Shown: piece by piece, positions 28,270 to 38,194 of the stretch | Layout of the letters: each line of letters begins with the position of its first letter | Numbering within the stretch: the stretch's first letter is position 1 | From: an uncultured Pelagibacteraceae bacterium | Lineage (GTDB): Bacteria; Pseudomonadota; Alphaproteobacteria; Pelagibacterales; Pelagibacteraceae | DNA length: 64,000 nucleotides | Assembly (NCBI GenBank): GCA_902558225.1 | Contig: CACEDG010000002.1 | Location: 21,661-85,660 of the forward strand | Direction: 5' to 3' | Translations under genes and position numbers: made by a program | The notes under the pieces: generated by a model | Told to the model about the DNA's origin: nothing | Seen by the model: the letters and a program-made list of their open reading frames with translations, nothing else | Databases searched by the model: none

Positions 28270-29864
28270 TAACCTCTAAGTATCATATCAGCACCTTTTT
28301 CTGCAATCATAATCGTTGGAGCATTAGTGTTACCTGAGGTTATATTTGGCATTATGGAAGCATCGATTACTCTTAGGTTATTTAAACCTTGAACCTTTAA
28401 TGTTTCATCTACAACTGCCATATCATCTTGACCCATTTTACATGTACCAACAGGATGAAAAATGGTTTGTGCGTAATCAGCACCAGCTTTTACAAGTTCC
28501 TCATCATCATTAATATTAATGCCTGGTCTATATTCCTCTGGCTTATATTTTTTAAAAGTCTCAGACTCCATGACGATTTTTCTTGTTAGTTTTAATCCTT
28601 TTGCTGCAATCATTCTATCATGATCAGTTGAAAGATAATTAAGTTTTACTTTTGCATAAATTCTAGAATCTTTATTAACAATATGTACATAACCTCGACT
28701 AGTAGGTCTTATATTAGACACAGTGGGTGTAAATGCATGAAAGTCATGATTTTTTGTTGCACCCAAGGTGTCCATACTCATTGGTTGAACGTGCCATTGA
28801 AGATCTGGTAATTCTAAGGATGGATCACTTTTAGCAAACATACACATTTGACTTGCACCCATTGTCATTGGCCCACTTCTATTAAAAATATATTCTAATC
28901 CAATCATTAATTTACCAAACAAACTATTAATTTTTTTGTTTAGTGATTTGAGCCCGTGAATTTTATAAATTGGCCTAAACATGAGATGATCTTGAAGATT
29001 TTCTCCAACCCCTTTTAAGTCATGAACTATATCAACACCTAATTCTTTCAGTTTTTTCGAATTTCCTACGCCAGATGTTTGTAAAATTTGTGGGGATCCA
29101 ATTGATCCAGATGATAAGATTATTTCTTTATTTGCTGACACTTTTTTAAGAGTATTTTCTTGCCAATACTCAACACTTTTTGCTGTTTTATTTTCAAAGA
29201 TTATTTTTTTAACATGTGCATTAGTGATTATTCTTAAATTGCTTCTATTTTTTATTGGATTTAAATATCCAACAGCCGTGCTACATCTAAAACCATCTTT
29301 TTCTGTAACTTGAAAATATCCACATCCATGGTTATCACCAGTATTAAAATCTTTAGTTTTTGGGATTCCAAATTCTTCAGCAGCATTTTGAAACTCGTTA
29401 AGCAATGGTAATTGTATTCTTTGGTCAGATACTGACAAGGGACCCCCTACACCATGAAAATCATTTTTGCCACGCTCTTGGTTTTCTGCTTTAATAAAAT
29501 AAGGAAGAACATCGTCCCATCCCCAGCCAGCATTACCAAGTTGACGCCAAATATCGTAATCTCTACTTTGACCTCTTATATACAACAGACCATTAATGGC
29601 TGAACTTCCACCTAAAGTTTTACCTCTTGGATAGCGAATAGAACGATTATTCATTGTTTCGTCTGGTTCAGTTTTGTAACACCAATCTACTGATGGATTG
29701 TGCATTGTTTTAAAATATCCAACAGGAATATGTATCCAAGGATAGTTATCTTTGCCTCCGGCCTCTATTAATAAAACTTTATTTTGTAAATTTTCAGAAA
29801 GTCTATTGGCAAGCACACATCCCGCGGATCCTGCCCCAATAATTACAAAATCAAAATTTTCCAT
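28269..29864 (-). CDS. GMC oxidoreductase (choline/alcohol dehydrogenase-like)
   Basis: GAGSAGCVLANRLS, RGKTLGGSSAING, GENLQDH, FHPVGTCKMG, SGNTNAP. Confidence 0.93.
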   Translation of the reverse strand: MENFDFVIIGAGSAGCVLANRLSENLQNKVLLIEAGGKDNYPWIHIPVGYFKTMHNPSVDWCYKTEPDETMNNRSIRYPRGKTLGGSSAINGLLYIRGQSRDYDIWRQLGNAGWGWDDVLPYFIKAENQERGKNDFHGVGGPLSVSDQRIQLPLLNEFQNAAEEFGIPKTKDFNTGDNHGCGYFQVTEKDGFRCSTAVGYLNPIKNRSNLRIITNAHVKKIIFENKTAKSVEYWQENTLKKVSANKEIILSSGSIGSPQILQTSGVGNSKKLKELGVDIVHDLKGVGENLQDHLMFRPIYKIHGLKSLNKKINSLFGKLMIGLEYIFNRSGPMTMGASQMCMFAKSDPSLELPDLQWHVQPMSMDTLGATKNHDFHAFTPTVSNIRPTSRGYVHIVNKDSRIYAKVKLNYLSTDHDRMIAAKGLKLTRKIVMESETFKKYKPEEYRPGININDDEELVKAGADYAQTIFHPVGTCKMGQDDMAVVDETLKVQGLNNLRVIDASIMPNITSGNTNAPTIMIAEKGADMILRG

Positions 29865-29998
29865 CTATAGTTGAATAGTTTTTTTAATAATTAATATTTG
29901 TTCATCTTTACACTTATATTAATCAATTGTCACTTGTGTCAGCTTTGTTTTTCTGATTGTATTGCTCACTTTAAATTTAACTAACTAGAGGAAAAATA

Positions 29999-31093
29999 AT
30001 GAAAAAAATCATTTCAATGTTATTTGCAACACTATTAGTGATTGGATTTACTTCAACTGCTAATGCTGCAAAAACACTAAAATGTCAAACAGTACTTAAC
30101 ACTAAAGCTGATGAAGTCAAAATGTTAAAAGACTTTACTGACACGGTAACAACTTTAACAGGTGGATCTCTAAAATTTGAAATCTTGCCTGCAGGAGCAG
30201 TTGTTGGTGTTAAAGAAACTTTAGATGCTGTTGACAAAGGTCTGATTGATTGTGGATTCGCATGGACACACTATTGGTCAGGTGATCACCCTGCTGCTAT
30301 GTTATTTGGTTCGCCAGTAGCTGGTGGTGGAGTAGGTATCGATAATATCGCATTCCTATCATGGTTCCAATATGGTGGTGGTAAAGAATTATATGACCAA
30401 CTTTGGAAAGAAATGGGAAGAGATATTAAAGGATTTATGATTCAACCAGTTGGTCCAGAAGCTTTAGGATGGTTTCCAAAACCAATTAAAGATATGGCTG
30501 ACTTTAGAAAATATAAGTTCAGAACTCCTCCAGGAATTCCAGGACAAACTTATAAAGACATTGGTATAGCATCTGTTGCTATGGGTGGCGGAGATATTCT
30601 ACCAGCTTTAGAAGCAGGAACAATTGATGCTGCTGAGTGGTGTTGTCCAAAACCAGACTTAACATTTGGTTTTCAAAAAGTATTAAAGCATTATTATTTA
30701 CAAGGTTTACACCAAGTAGTCGTAAATGCTGACTTTTACATTACTGGAAAAACTTATAATGCTATGAGTGACCATGAGAAAAAGTCTCTTGAAGTAGCTG
30801 CTAATGCATCATTAGCTAAATCTTTAAGTTACAGAATCTATGAAAACGGAAAAGCATTACAAGAGTTAACAACTAAACATGGAGTAATATTAGAAGATAC
30901 ACCTTCTGATTATTTCACAGAATATATGGCTGCAGCAAAAGCATCTTTAAATAAGAATGCTAAAGATAATAAATTTTTCAATGAAGTTTATACTTCAATG
31001 AAAAACTTTGCTGATATTGCTGTTCCTTTCTGGAGTGGTGCTCAAATGTCTAATGCTAAGCTAGGAATGGCTCACGCAGCAACATTAAAGTAA
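29999..31093 (+). CDS. TRAP transporter solute-binding protein (DctP/TakP-like)
   Basis: Signal peptide, KFRTPPG, GTIDAAEW; AGAGG SD upstream; followed by small and large permeases. Confidence 0.9.
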   Translation: MKKIISMLFATLLVIGFTSTANAAKTLKCQTVLNTKADEVKMLKDFTDTVTTLTGGSLKFEILPAGAVVGVKETLDAVDKGLIDCGFAWTHYWSGDHPAAMLFGSPVAGGGVGIDNIAFLSWFQYGGGKELYDQLWKEMGRDIKGFMIQPVGPEALGWFPKPIKDMADFRKYKFRTPPGIPGQTYKDIGIASVAMGGGDILPALEAGTIDAAEWCCPKPDLTFGFQKVLKHYYLQGLHQVVVNADFYITGKTYNAMSDHEKKSLEVAANASLAKSLSYRIYENGKALQELTTKHGVILEDTPSDYFTEYMAAAKASLNKNAKDNKFFNEVYTSMKNFADIAVPFWSGAQMSNAKLGMAHAATLK

Positions 31094-31114
31094 TCAGTAA
31101 TTAACCTTTATTTT

Positions 31115-31149
31115 TTAGAGCGGACTTTTTAGTCCGCTCTAATTTTTTT
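31115..31149 (+). terminator. Intrinsic terminator/stabilising hairpin after the TRAP SBP gene
   Basis: Perfect 12-bp stem TTAGAGCGGACT-TTTT-AGTCCGCTCTAA (31115-31142) followed by a T tract. Confidence 0.8.
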
Positions 31150-31161
31150 AACTTAAATTTT

Positions 31162-31776
31162 ATGGCAGACGAACCTGGTAAACTAGATATCTCAGATGAA
31201 ATGATTGCCGAAAGGCGAGGTGGATCAGGTAAAATGCCAACAGATATGCCATCATGGATGGCTAAATCTATAGTAAATATTGATAAATTCAGTAAGTGGA
31301 TTGGTAGTATTGTTTGTTGGATATTGATGCCACTTATATTTGCAATGACCTATGAAGTTCTTGCAAGAAAATTATTTTTAGCACCAACAATTTGGGCTTA
31401 CGACATAAGCCGTTTTCTTTATGGTGCACTATTTATGCTTGGTGCAGGATACGCTCTTTCAAGAGGAGTCCATATTAGAGCAGATTTTTTATACAGAAAT
31501 TTTAAAACTAAAACACAAGGTCTTATTGATTTTTGGTTATATCTTTTATTTTATTTTCCAGGACTAATTGTTTTTCTTTATATGACCATAGGTTTTGTTG
31601 AAGAGTCAGTTAGAAGAGGTGAACGAGGGATGGATACTACCTGGATGCCTTATATGTGGCCTATTAAAACGTGTTTGTTGCTTGGAATTATTTTTTTATT
31701 AATTCAAGGTTTTTCAGAGTTACTAAAAAGTTATTGGGCAGCTAAAAAAGGTGAGTGGCCAGGAGAGAAAAAATGA
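31162..31776 (+). CDS. TRAP small permease DctQ
   Basis: 4 TMs, YEVLAR, HIRADF. Confidence 0.9.
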   Translation: MADEPGKLDISDEMIAERRGGSGKMPTDMPSWMAKSIVNIDKFSKWIGSIVCWILMPLIFAMTYEVLARKLFLAPTIWAYDISRFLYGALFMLGAGYALSRGVHIRADFLYRNFKTKTQGLIDFWLYLLFYFPGLIVFLYMTIGFVEESVRRGERGMDTTWMPYMWPIKTCLLLGIIFLLIQGFSELLKSYWAAKKGEWPGEKK

Positions 31777-33107
31777 TAGCAGAATTCATTGATCCAGCTA
31801 TTTTAGGTTTCATTTTAGTTGGTGTGATGCTATTTGCAATATTTGTAGGGTTTCCCATTTCATTCACTTTAATATTTTTAGGTTTTGTATTTGGTTATCT
31901 TGGGTTTGGAAAATTAGTTTTTTATTTAATGACCCTCCAATTTTCTATGGTTATGACCGAACAAACTCTTGCCGCCGTCCCACTCTTTGTTTTTATGGGT
32001 ATTATGATGGAACAAGCTGGATTGATGGAGAGATTGTTTTCAGCATTTCAAATGATGCTTGCAAAAGTTAAGGGGTCTTTATATTACGCAGTTTTATTTG
32101 TTTCAGTTATATTCGCGGCGGCAACAGGAATTGTTGGTGCATCAGTCACAATTCTAGGAATAATGGCTGCTAAGTCAATGAATAGGTCTGGTTATGATGT
32201 TAAACTTGCTGCAGGAACTATTACTGCTGGAGGTACTTTAGGAATTTTAATTCCACCAAGTATTATGCTTGTTGTAATGGGGCCTATTATGGAAATTCCA
32301 GTTATTGATTTATTTGCAGCTGCGATTTTACCTGGAATCCTTCTCGCAAGTTTGTATGCAGCTTACACAACAATTAGATGTATGATTAATCCTAAACTTG
32401 GACCTGTTTTACCTGATGATATGAGGGCTGCAAGTATGAAAGAAGTATGGATAGAATTTTTTTTAGGTTTAGTTCCTCCAGCTGCTTTAGTATTTGCTGC
32501 ATTAGGTAGTATTTTATTTGGATTTGCAACTCCTACAGAGGCAGCGGGATGCGGAGCTATGGGTGCTTTATTACTTTCATTAGCTTATAAAAAATTAACT
32601 CTTTCAAAACTTCAAGAAGCATTAGTAAAAACATTAGAGATTACCGCTTTAATTATGGTTTTAGTTGCAGCATCAAATTTTTTTGGTGCAGTTTTTGCAA
32701 GATTAGGAACTCCGACTTTATTAACTGAATTTTTATTAAGTTTAGAAATGAACAAATATTTAATTTTGGGAATGATAATGGTTATGATTTTTTTATTGGG
32801 TTGGCCATTAGAATGGGTACCGATTGTAATGATTATTATTCCAATAATATTACCATTGGTAGAAGCGTTAGGATTTAATTTAACTTGGTTTGCAATTTTA
32901 GTTGCTGTTAATTTGCAAACCGCCTGGCTATCTCCACCTGTAGCTCTTTCTGCCTATTTTCTAAAAGGTGTGGTGCCAGAGTGGGATCTTAAAGATATAT
33001 ATTACGGAATGATGCAGTTTATGGTTCTTCAAGTAATAGGATTAATTTTGATCATTATATTTCCTAAAATTGCACTTTGGTTACCAACTCTCTTATATGG
33101 ACAGTAG
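31773..33107 (+). CDS. TRAP large permease DctM
   Basis: AVPLFVFMG, GTLGILIPPS, ATPTEAA, SPPV. Start moved to ATG at 31773. Confidence 0.92.
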   Translation: MIAEFIDPAILGFILVGVMLFAIFVGFPISFTLIFLGFVFGYLGFGKLVFYLMTLQFSMVMTEQTLAAVPLFVFMGIMMEQAGLMERLFSAFQMMLAKVKGSLYYAVLFVSVIFAAATGIVGASVTILGIMAAKSMNRSGYDVKLAAGTITAGGTLGILIPPSIMLVVMGPIMEIPVIDLFAAAILPGILLASLYAAYTTIRCMINPKLGPVLPDDMRAASMKEVWIEFFLGLVPPAALVFAALGSILFGFATPTEAAGCGAMGALLLSLAYKKLTLSKLQEALVKTLEITALIMVLVAASNFFGAVFARLGTPTLLTEFLLSLEMNKYLILGMIMVMIFLLGWPLEWVPIVMIIIPIILPLVEALGFNLTWFAILVAVNLQTAWLSPPVALSAYFLKGVVPEWDLKDIYYGMMQFMVLQVIGLILIIIFPKIALWLPTLLYGQ

Positions 33108-33132
33108 AATATTAAAGTTTTATATTGTCTAA

Positions 33133-34590
33133 GTGAGTCAGCAAAAAACAAAAAAAACTCTTATTAACTGGGATTTAGTTACGGTCAATCCCAATAATAA
33201 AAACTGGGATTGGAAAGATCTATTTTGTTTTTGGGGAGTAAGTATTCAAAGTGTAATTGGGTTTTCTCTAATTGGATCTTTGTATGTGGTTTATAATTTA
33301 AATTCTTTTGTTATTTTCTTTGGAACAATATTAGGAGCTATAGTAGTTTATTTTTTTTCAAATTTGGTAGGTAAACCCTCTCAAAAATTTGGATTACCTT
33401 TTGTAGTATTATTGAGGTCCTCGCTGGGTATTAAAGGAGCAAAATATTTTGGACTAGTAAGAGGTTTAGTTGGAATTTTTATGTTTGGTATACAGACATA
33501 TTTTTTATCTAAAGCTTTTGGATATTTAATTCGAATTGGATTATTTTCTATAGATAGTACTTTGCTAGATAAAGAAATTTTTTTAACGTTTTTTTTAGGT
33601 TTAAATATTATTGACTGGTTATCTATTGTTGTTTCGATAGTTCTTCAGTTTGTTTTATTTAGTGTGGGAATGAATTTTAATAAAAAGATAATCAAATGGT
33701 CAGCGATTTTAGTATATTTTGGAATATTAGTTTTTTTCTTAGCTGTATTATTGACTGATGTAAAATCTACCGCAAGGTCATTTGTTGATATTCTAGATCT
33801 CGGTAATTTTCTTCAAACCGATAATTTAGTGCCATTAATAACAGTTGCAGGAACAATGTTTGCTTATTTTTCAATTGTAATTTTAAGTTTTGGTGATTTT
33901 TCCAGATATGTTAAAGATGAAAAACAACTCAAATTAGGAAATCTCTCACTCATTTTAAATTTAATTGTTTTTTCTTTTTTAGCAGTTTTTATAATTACTG
34001 GTGTTGATAGTTTTTTGAATAATGATCCACAAAATTTATCAAAAATATTTACTAACCCAACTGATATGATCGGAAAATTAAATAATCTTCTTATAACAAT
34101 TATTGCCCTAATTTTTATTATTATTGCATCAATTTCAACTAACCTGATTGCAAATTTTATACCTTCTCAGTATTCTATAATAAATTTTATTCCATCATCA
34201 TTATCTTTAAAAAGTTCAAGTGTAATTATTAGTCTATCTGGAATAACGATTGCTATTTTTTGGCTTACAGTTTTAAGTCAGATTGGAATTTTATCAATTA
34301 TAGATACATTCGGTGCTTTTTTTGGTCCATTATTTGGGGTTATGGTTGTTGATTTTTACTTCATTAAAAAAGGTAGTCTTATTAATAAAGACATCCACTC
34401 TTTAGAGGCTAATGGTGCTTATTTTTTTTCAGGAGGTTGGCATATTAAAGGAATTTACTCCTTAATTTTAGGATTTATTTTTTCAGCCTCAACAATATGG
34501 AATTCTAGCTTGGTGTTCCTACAGCCTTATGCTTGGATTATTGGAGCGTTTGTTGGAGCAGTAATATATTATTTGCTTGCAAAAGAATAA
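33133..34590 (+). CDS. NCS1-family (cytosine/purine/allantoin/thiamine) permease
   Basis: GLPFVVLLRSSLGIKGA, FGIQT, DFSRY, STNLIANF; about 12 TMs; GTG start. Confidence 0.85.
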   Translation: MSQQKTKKTLINWDLVTVNPNNKNWDWKDLFCFWGVSIQSVIGFSLIGSLYVVYNLNSFVIFFGTILGAIVVYFFSNLVGKPSQKFGLPFVVLLRSSLGIKGAKYFGLVRGLVGIFMFGIQTYFLSKAFGYLIRIGLFSIDSTLLDKEIFLTFFLGLNIIDWLSIVVSIVLQFVLFSVGMNFNKKIIKWSAILVYFGILVFFLAVLLTDVKSTARSFVDILDLGNFLQTDNLVPLITVAGTMFAYFSIVILSFGDFSRYVKDEKQLKLGNLSLILNLIVFSFLAVFIITGVDSFLNNDPQNLSKIFTNPTDMIGKLNNLLITIIALIFIIIASISTNLIANFIPSQYSIINFIPSSLSLKSSSVIISLSGITIAIFWLTVLSQIGILSIIDTFGAFFGPLFGVMVVDFYFIKKGSLINKDIHSLEANGAYFFSGGWHIKGIYSLILGFIFSASTIWNSSLVFLQPYAWIIGAFVGAVIYYLLAKE

Positions 34591-34594
34591 TTTA

Positions 34595-35347
34595 ATGAAA
34601 AAAATTACTTATGACTTTAAAAACAGGACTGCAATAGTAACTGGTGGAGCTCAAGGTTTTGGATTAGATATAGCAAAACGTTTTTTAGACTCAGGAGGCA
34701 AGGTTATCATTTGGGATATAGACACAAAAATGATAGATAAAGTAATTAAAGAATTAGATAATCCAAATTTAAGTTCAAATATTGTAGATGTTTCAAATTA
34801 TAGTGAAGTTGAAAGAAATGTTAATGAAATTACAAATAGATTTAATATTGATATATTGATAAACAATGCAGGAATAACTGGACCAACGGCGACCTTATGG
34901 GAATATGATATTGATATGTGGAAAAAGGTTGTTGATATTAATTTAATGGGTACTTTTAATTGTTGTAGAGCAATAGTACCAAATATGATTAAGAATAACT
35001 ATGGTAGAATTGTAAACGTAGCTTCTGTTGCAGGGAAAGACGGAAATGCTAATGCAAGTGCATATAGTGTAGGTAAAGCAGGGGCCATAGGGTTAACAAA
35101 ATCTTTAGGTAAGGAACTCGCTGATAAGAACATAGCTGTTAATGCAGTGACCCCAGCTGGAGCTAAAACACGTATCCTCGATCAAATGACTAAAGAGCAT
35201 GTCCAAAGAATGTTATCAAAAGTTCCTAGGGGCAGATTTTTAGAAGTTGAGGAGTTTACTTCACTAATATGTTGGCTTTCATCAGAAGAGAACACTTTTT
35301 CAACTGCCGCTGTATTTGATATAAGTGGTGGTCGTTCTACTTATTAA
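34595..35347 (+). CDS. SDR oxidoreductase (sugar-acid dehydrogenase-like)
   Basis: TGGAQGFG, NNAGITGP, YSVGK, FDISGGRSTY. Start moved to ATG at 34595. Confidence 0.88.
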   Translation: MKKITYDFKNRTAIVTGGAQGFGLDIAKRFLDSGGKVIIWDIDTKMIDKVIKELDNPNLSSNIVDVSNYSEVERNVNEITNRFNIDILINNAGITGPTATLWEYDIDMWKKVVDINLMGTFNCCRAIVPNMIKNNYGRIVNVASVAGKDGNANASAYSVGKAGAIGLTKSLGKELADKNIAVNAVTPAGAKTRILDQMTKEHVQRMLSKVPRGRFLEVEEFTSLICWLSSEENTFSTAAVFDISGGRSTY

Positions 35348-35481
35348 TTTCTAGGTTTTTGTTCAATTAACTTTGTATGATTTATTTTAGCTCTACTAAA
35401 TTTAATATCTTTGGACATAACGGGAGCAAAAATCATTATTGACCAATAAATTAGGAGTATAAAAATTGAAATTGTCTTCAT
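35344..35481 (-). CDS. Small hypothetical protein, 45 aa, N-terminal hydrophobic segment
   Basis: MKTISIFILLIYWSIMIFAPVMSK...; ATG at 35481; stop overlaps the SDR stop. Confidence 0.4.
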   Translation of the reverse strand: MKTISIFILLIYWSIMIFAPVMSKDIKFSRAKINHTKLIEQKPRN

Positions 35482-35564
35482 ATTTAATAGATAGTGATAA
35501 ATGTTGATTTTTGGATGTTTAAATTTTGTCAAAATAATGTATTAAAGTTTTTTTTTAAATTTTT

Positions 35565-36215
35565 ATGAAAATTATTTTTAAAATTTTAATTTGCTTCTTA
35601 TTTATGTCTGGCTTGAGCTTTTCAAGCGAGATTAGAATATTCGAATTTACAGAAAAAGAACTTTCTGAACTCCAAGTTAGAAAGGTAAGAGGCGCAGATA
35701 ACAAGACAATTTATACAGTTGGATCTAATGAAAAGGGTAACTTTTATAAGGCCGTTGCTGATAATGCTGCCTCTGGATTGGGAAAAGAAGTCAAAATAGA
35801 TTTAAACAAGACTCCATTCATTAATATTACATGGAAAATTGAAAAAGATTTACCTGGCATTAAGGAAAATACTAAAAAGGGACATGATTTTGCAGCAAGG
35901 GTTTTTGCCGTTAAAAAGACAGGAGCTACACCTTTGTCAAATAGAGCAATAAACTATGTTTTTTCAAGTAATAATCAGATTGGCTTTAATTCCCCAAGTC
36001 CATACACAAAAAAATCAATTGATAATGTTTTAGCAACAACACAAGAGAATCTTAATGAGTGGGTTACTGTTAAAGCAAATGTAAAAGAGGATTTTATGAA
36101 ATTTCATAATCTAGATGTAAATGAACTAGACGGATTAGCAATAATGTCGGACACTGATAACTCAAAAAAGAAAGCTATAGCTTTTTATCAAAATATTTAT
36201 TTTTCAGCAAAATAA
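35565..36215 (+). CDS. DUF3047-family exported protein
   Basis: Signal peptide, ASGL, ITWKIEK, DFAARVF, AIMSDTDN. Confidence 0.8.
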   Translation: MKIIFKILICFLFMSGLSFSSEIRIFEFTEKELSELQVRKVRGADNKTIYTVGSNEKGNFYKAVADNAASGLGKEVKIDLNKTPFINITWKIEKDLPGIKENTKKGHDFAARVFAVKKTGATPLSNRAINYVFSSNNQIGFNSPSPYTKKSIDNVLATTQENLNEWVTVKANVKEDFMKFHNLDVNELDGLAIMSDTDNSKKKAIAFYQNIYFSAK

Positions 36216-36356
36216 CTAAAGTTTAAAATACTTTTTCAATATATTACTAAATAAAGATAAAATAATTGCTACAATCACATCTTCCAATGGGCTAGCTTCT
36301 GGATAACCAAAATTCCAAGCAACAACCAAAACTAACCAGATTGTAAAAACATTCAT
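36216..36356 (-). CDS. 46-aa two-helix membrane microprotein
   Basis: Manual translation MNVFTIWLVLVVAWNFGYPEASPLEDVIVAIILSLFSNILKKYFKL; stop directly abuts the DUF3047 stop. Confidence 0.65.
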   Translation of the reverse strand: MNVFTIWLVLVVAWNFGYPEASPLEDVIVAIILSLFSNILKKYFKL

Positions 36357-36413
36357 TTATTTATCTATACCTTAGTTTATGTAAATTAGTCTATAATTTG
36401 ATATAATCATCAT

Positions 36414-36836
36414 ATGCACGAAAATTTCTTTCATAAACTCAAAGTTTATTATGAGGACACGGACTCTGGAGGAGTAGTTTATTATGCAAATTATTTAAAA
36501 TATCTAGAGAGGGCTAGAACAGAAGCGTTATTTAGTATTGGCTTTAGTAATAAAAAGATTCAAGATTATTTCAAATCATTAATAATTGTTAAATCTTGTA
36601 ATATTGAATATAAAAAATCTGCACATTTAGAGGATGAGCTCACTGTAAGGTCTTTTGTAAAATCAATTACAAAAACATCATTTTTTATGAATCAAATTAT
36701 TACAAAAGATGATGAAACAATTGTTGAGTCACAAGTTCATTTAGTTTTTGTGAATAAAGATGGCAAACCAGTAAAAATACCAGACGAAATCTATTCTAAA
36801 TTTAAACCTTATTTTTGTGATACTATCAAAACTTAG
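36414..36836 (+). CDS. YbgC/FadM-family acyl-CoA thioesterase
   Basis: VYYEDTDSGGVVYYANYLKYLERARTE. Confidence 0.9.
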   Translation: MHENFFHKLKVYYEDTDSGGVVYYANYLKYLERARTEALFSIGFSNKKIQDYFKSLIIVKSCNIEYKKSAHLEDELTVRSFVKSITKTSFFMNQIITKDDETIVESQVHLVFVNKDGKPVKIPDEIYSKFKPYFCDTIKT

Positions 36837-37506
36837 CTAATTTTTTTGCTTTCTTAAATAAATCAACCATCATTTTATTTGAAATAAGTTTTGTATTAAC
36901 ATTTCTTGGACTTGGATGATAACTTGATAATATTACTAAACCATTAGGTAAAAGTTGTGTAGCTCCGTGTTTAAAAATAAACTTTTGTTTAATATCAAAT
37001 TTTTGCTTGTATAATTTTATACAGTTATCAAAAGCAACTTTACCTAATGTAACTATTACTTTAAGTTTTTTTAAAGACAATATTTCCTCATCAAAAAAGC
37101 TAGAACAGTTTGATATTTCATTGCTGAGGGGTTTATCTTCTGGGGGAACACATTTTAAAATATTTGTTATATAGGTTGATTTTAATTTTAAATTATCATT
37201 TAAATTTTTTGATATTGGTAAATTTGAAATTCCAACTTCGTACAAACATTTAAACAAAAAATCTCCGGACTTATCACCAGTGAAGGCTCTACCAGTTCTT
37301 GTACCACCATGTGCAGCTGGAGCTAGACCAATAATAGCTAATTTCGAATTTAAACTTCCAAATCCAGGAACAGGCTTACCCCAGTAAACTTCATTTATAT
37401 TTTTTTTTCTTTTTGTGATACTTATTTTATTAACAAATTTTACTAGTCTTGGACATTTTTTACAGTTAACTATTGTTTTGTTTAAATTATTTAATCTAAT
37501 ATCCAT
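36826..37506 (-). CDS. Uracil-DNA glycosylase, family 5 (UdgB-like, Fe-S)
   Basis: CKKCPRL, GLAPAAHGGTRTGRAFTGD, KCVPP, YHPSPRN. Start moved to ATG at 37506 (MDIRL). Confidence 0.9.
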   Translation of the reverse strand: MDIRLNNLNKTIVNCKKCPRLVKFVNKISITKRKKNINEVYWGKPVPGFGSLNSKLAIIGLAPAAHGGTRTGRAFTGDKSGDFLFKCLYEVGISNLPISKNLNDNLKLKSTYITNILKCVPPEDKPLSNEISNCSSFFDEEILSLKKLKVIVTLGKVAFDNCIKLYKQKFDIKQKFIFKHGATQLLPNGLVILSSYHPSPRNVNTKLISNKMMVDLFKKAKKLAKF

Positions 37507-37507
37507 T

Positions 37508-38065
37508 ATGAAATTTTTAAAATACTTTATAATAATATTTATATCTTTAACCACATCAATAAAAGCAGATTCAAATAAAAATTTAATTAAACAACTAGAG
37601 GATGGTGGAAAGTTAATATTTATAAGACACGCATATGCACCAGGCAATGGAGATCCAAATAATTTCAATTTAAACGATTGTTCCACTCAAAGGAATTTAA
37701 GCAAGGAAGGAAGAAAGCAAGCTCAATTAATCGGTGTTTTTTTTAAAGAAAACAAAATTCAGATAGATAAAGTTTTATCTAGTGAGTGGTGTAGATGTAA
37801 AGAAACTTCAGAGATAGCATTTGAGGATTTTTCCACGATAAGTTTTTTGAATTCTTTTTACAGCTCGAAATTTGCAAAAAATAAGACCAGACAAGTTGAA
37901 GAATTTAATAAATATATAAAGAAATTTAAAAGTAAAAAAAACTTAATTTTAGTAACTCACTACGTTTTTATCTCTGAGATTCTAAATTATGGTCCATCTT
38001 CAGGAGAAATAGTTGTATCAGACAAAAATTTTAATATTGTAGGTAGTATAGAAATAAATTATTAA
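37508..38065 (+). CDS. Exported histidine phosphatase superfamily protein
   Basis: Signal-like N-terminus from ATG 37508 (MKFLKY), IRHA, QRNLS, SSEWCRCKET, LVTH. Confidence 0.85.
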   Translation: MKFLKYFIIIFISLTTSIKADSNKNLIKQLEDGGKLIFIRHAYAPGNGDPNNFNLNDCSTQRNLSKEGRKQAQLIGVFFKENKIQIDKVLSSEWCRCKETSEIAFEDFSTISFLNSFYSSKFAKNKTRQVEEFNKYIKKFKSKKNLILVTHYVFISEILNYGPSSGEIVVSDKNFNIVGSIEINY

Positions 38066-38071
38066 ATAAAT

Positions 38072-38194
38072 ATGTCTTCAAAAAAAGCAATGAAACAAGC
38101 GCAAAAGCAAGCTTTTGCCAAACACAGAAGTAATATTTCTAATAGTCGAATTGGATTTAAAAAGAGAAATACTATTAAGAATAAAAAAAATTAG
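38072..38194 (+). CDS. 40-aa basic peptide (hypothetical)
   Basis: Manual translation MSSKKAMKQAQKQAFAKHRSNISNSRIGFKKRNTIKNKKN; fills the gap, stop overlaps the convergent gene stop. Confidence 0.45.
   Translation: MSSKKAMKQAQKQAFAKHRSNISNSRIGFKKRNTIKNKKN

Noticed and set aside
37415-37686. Long bidirectional coding overlap between UDG and histidine phosphatase as given in the ORF track
   Set aside because: The extensions are just the antisense of the other gene; recognisable sequence begins at ATGs 37506 and 37508.
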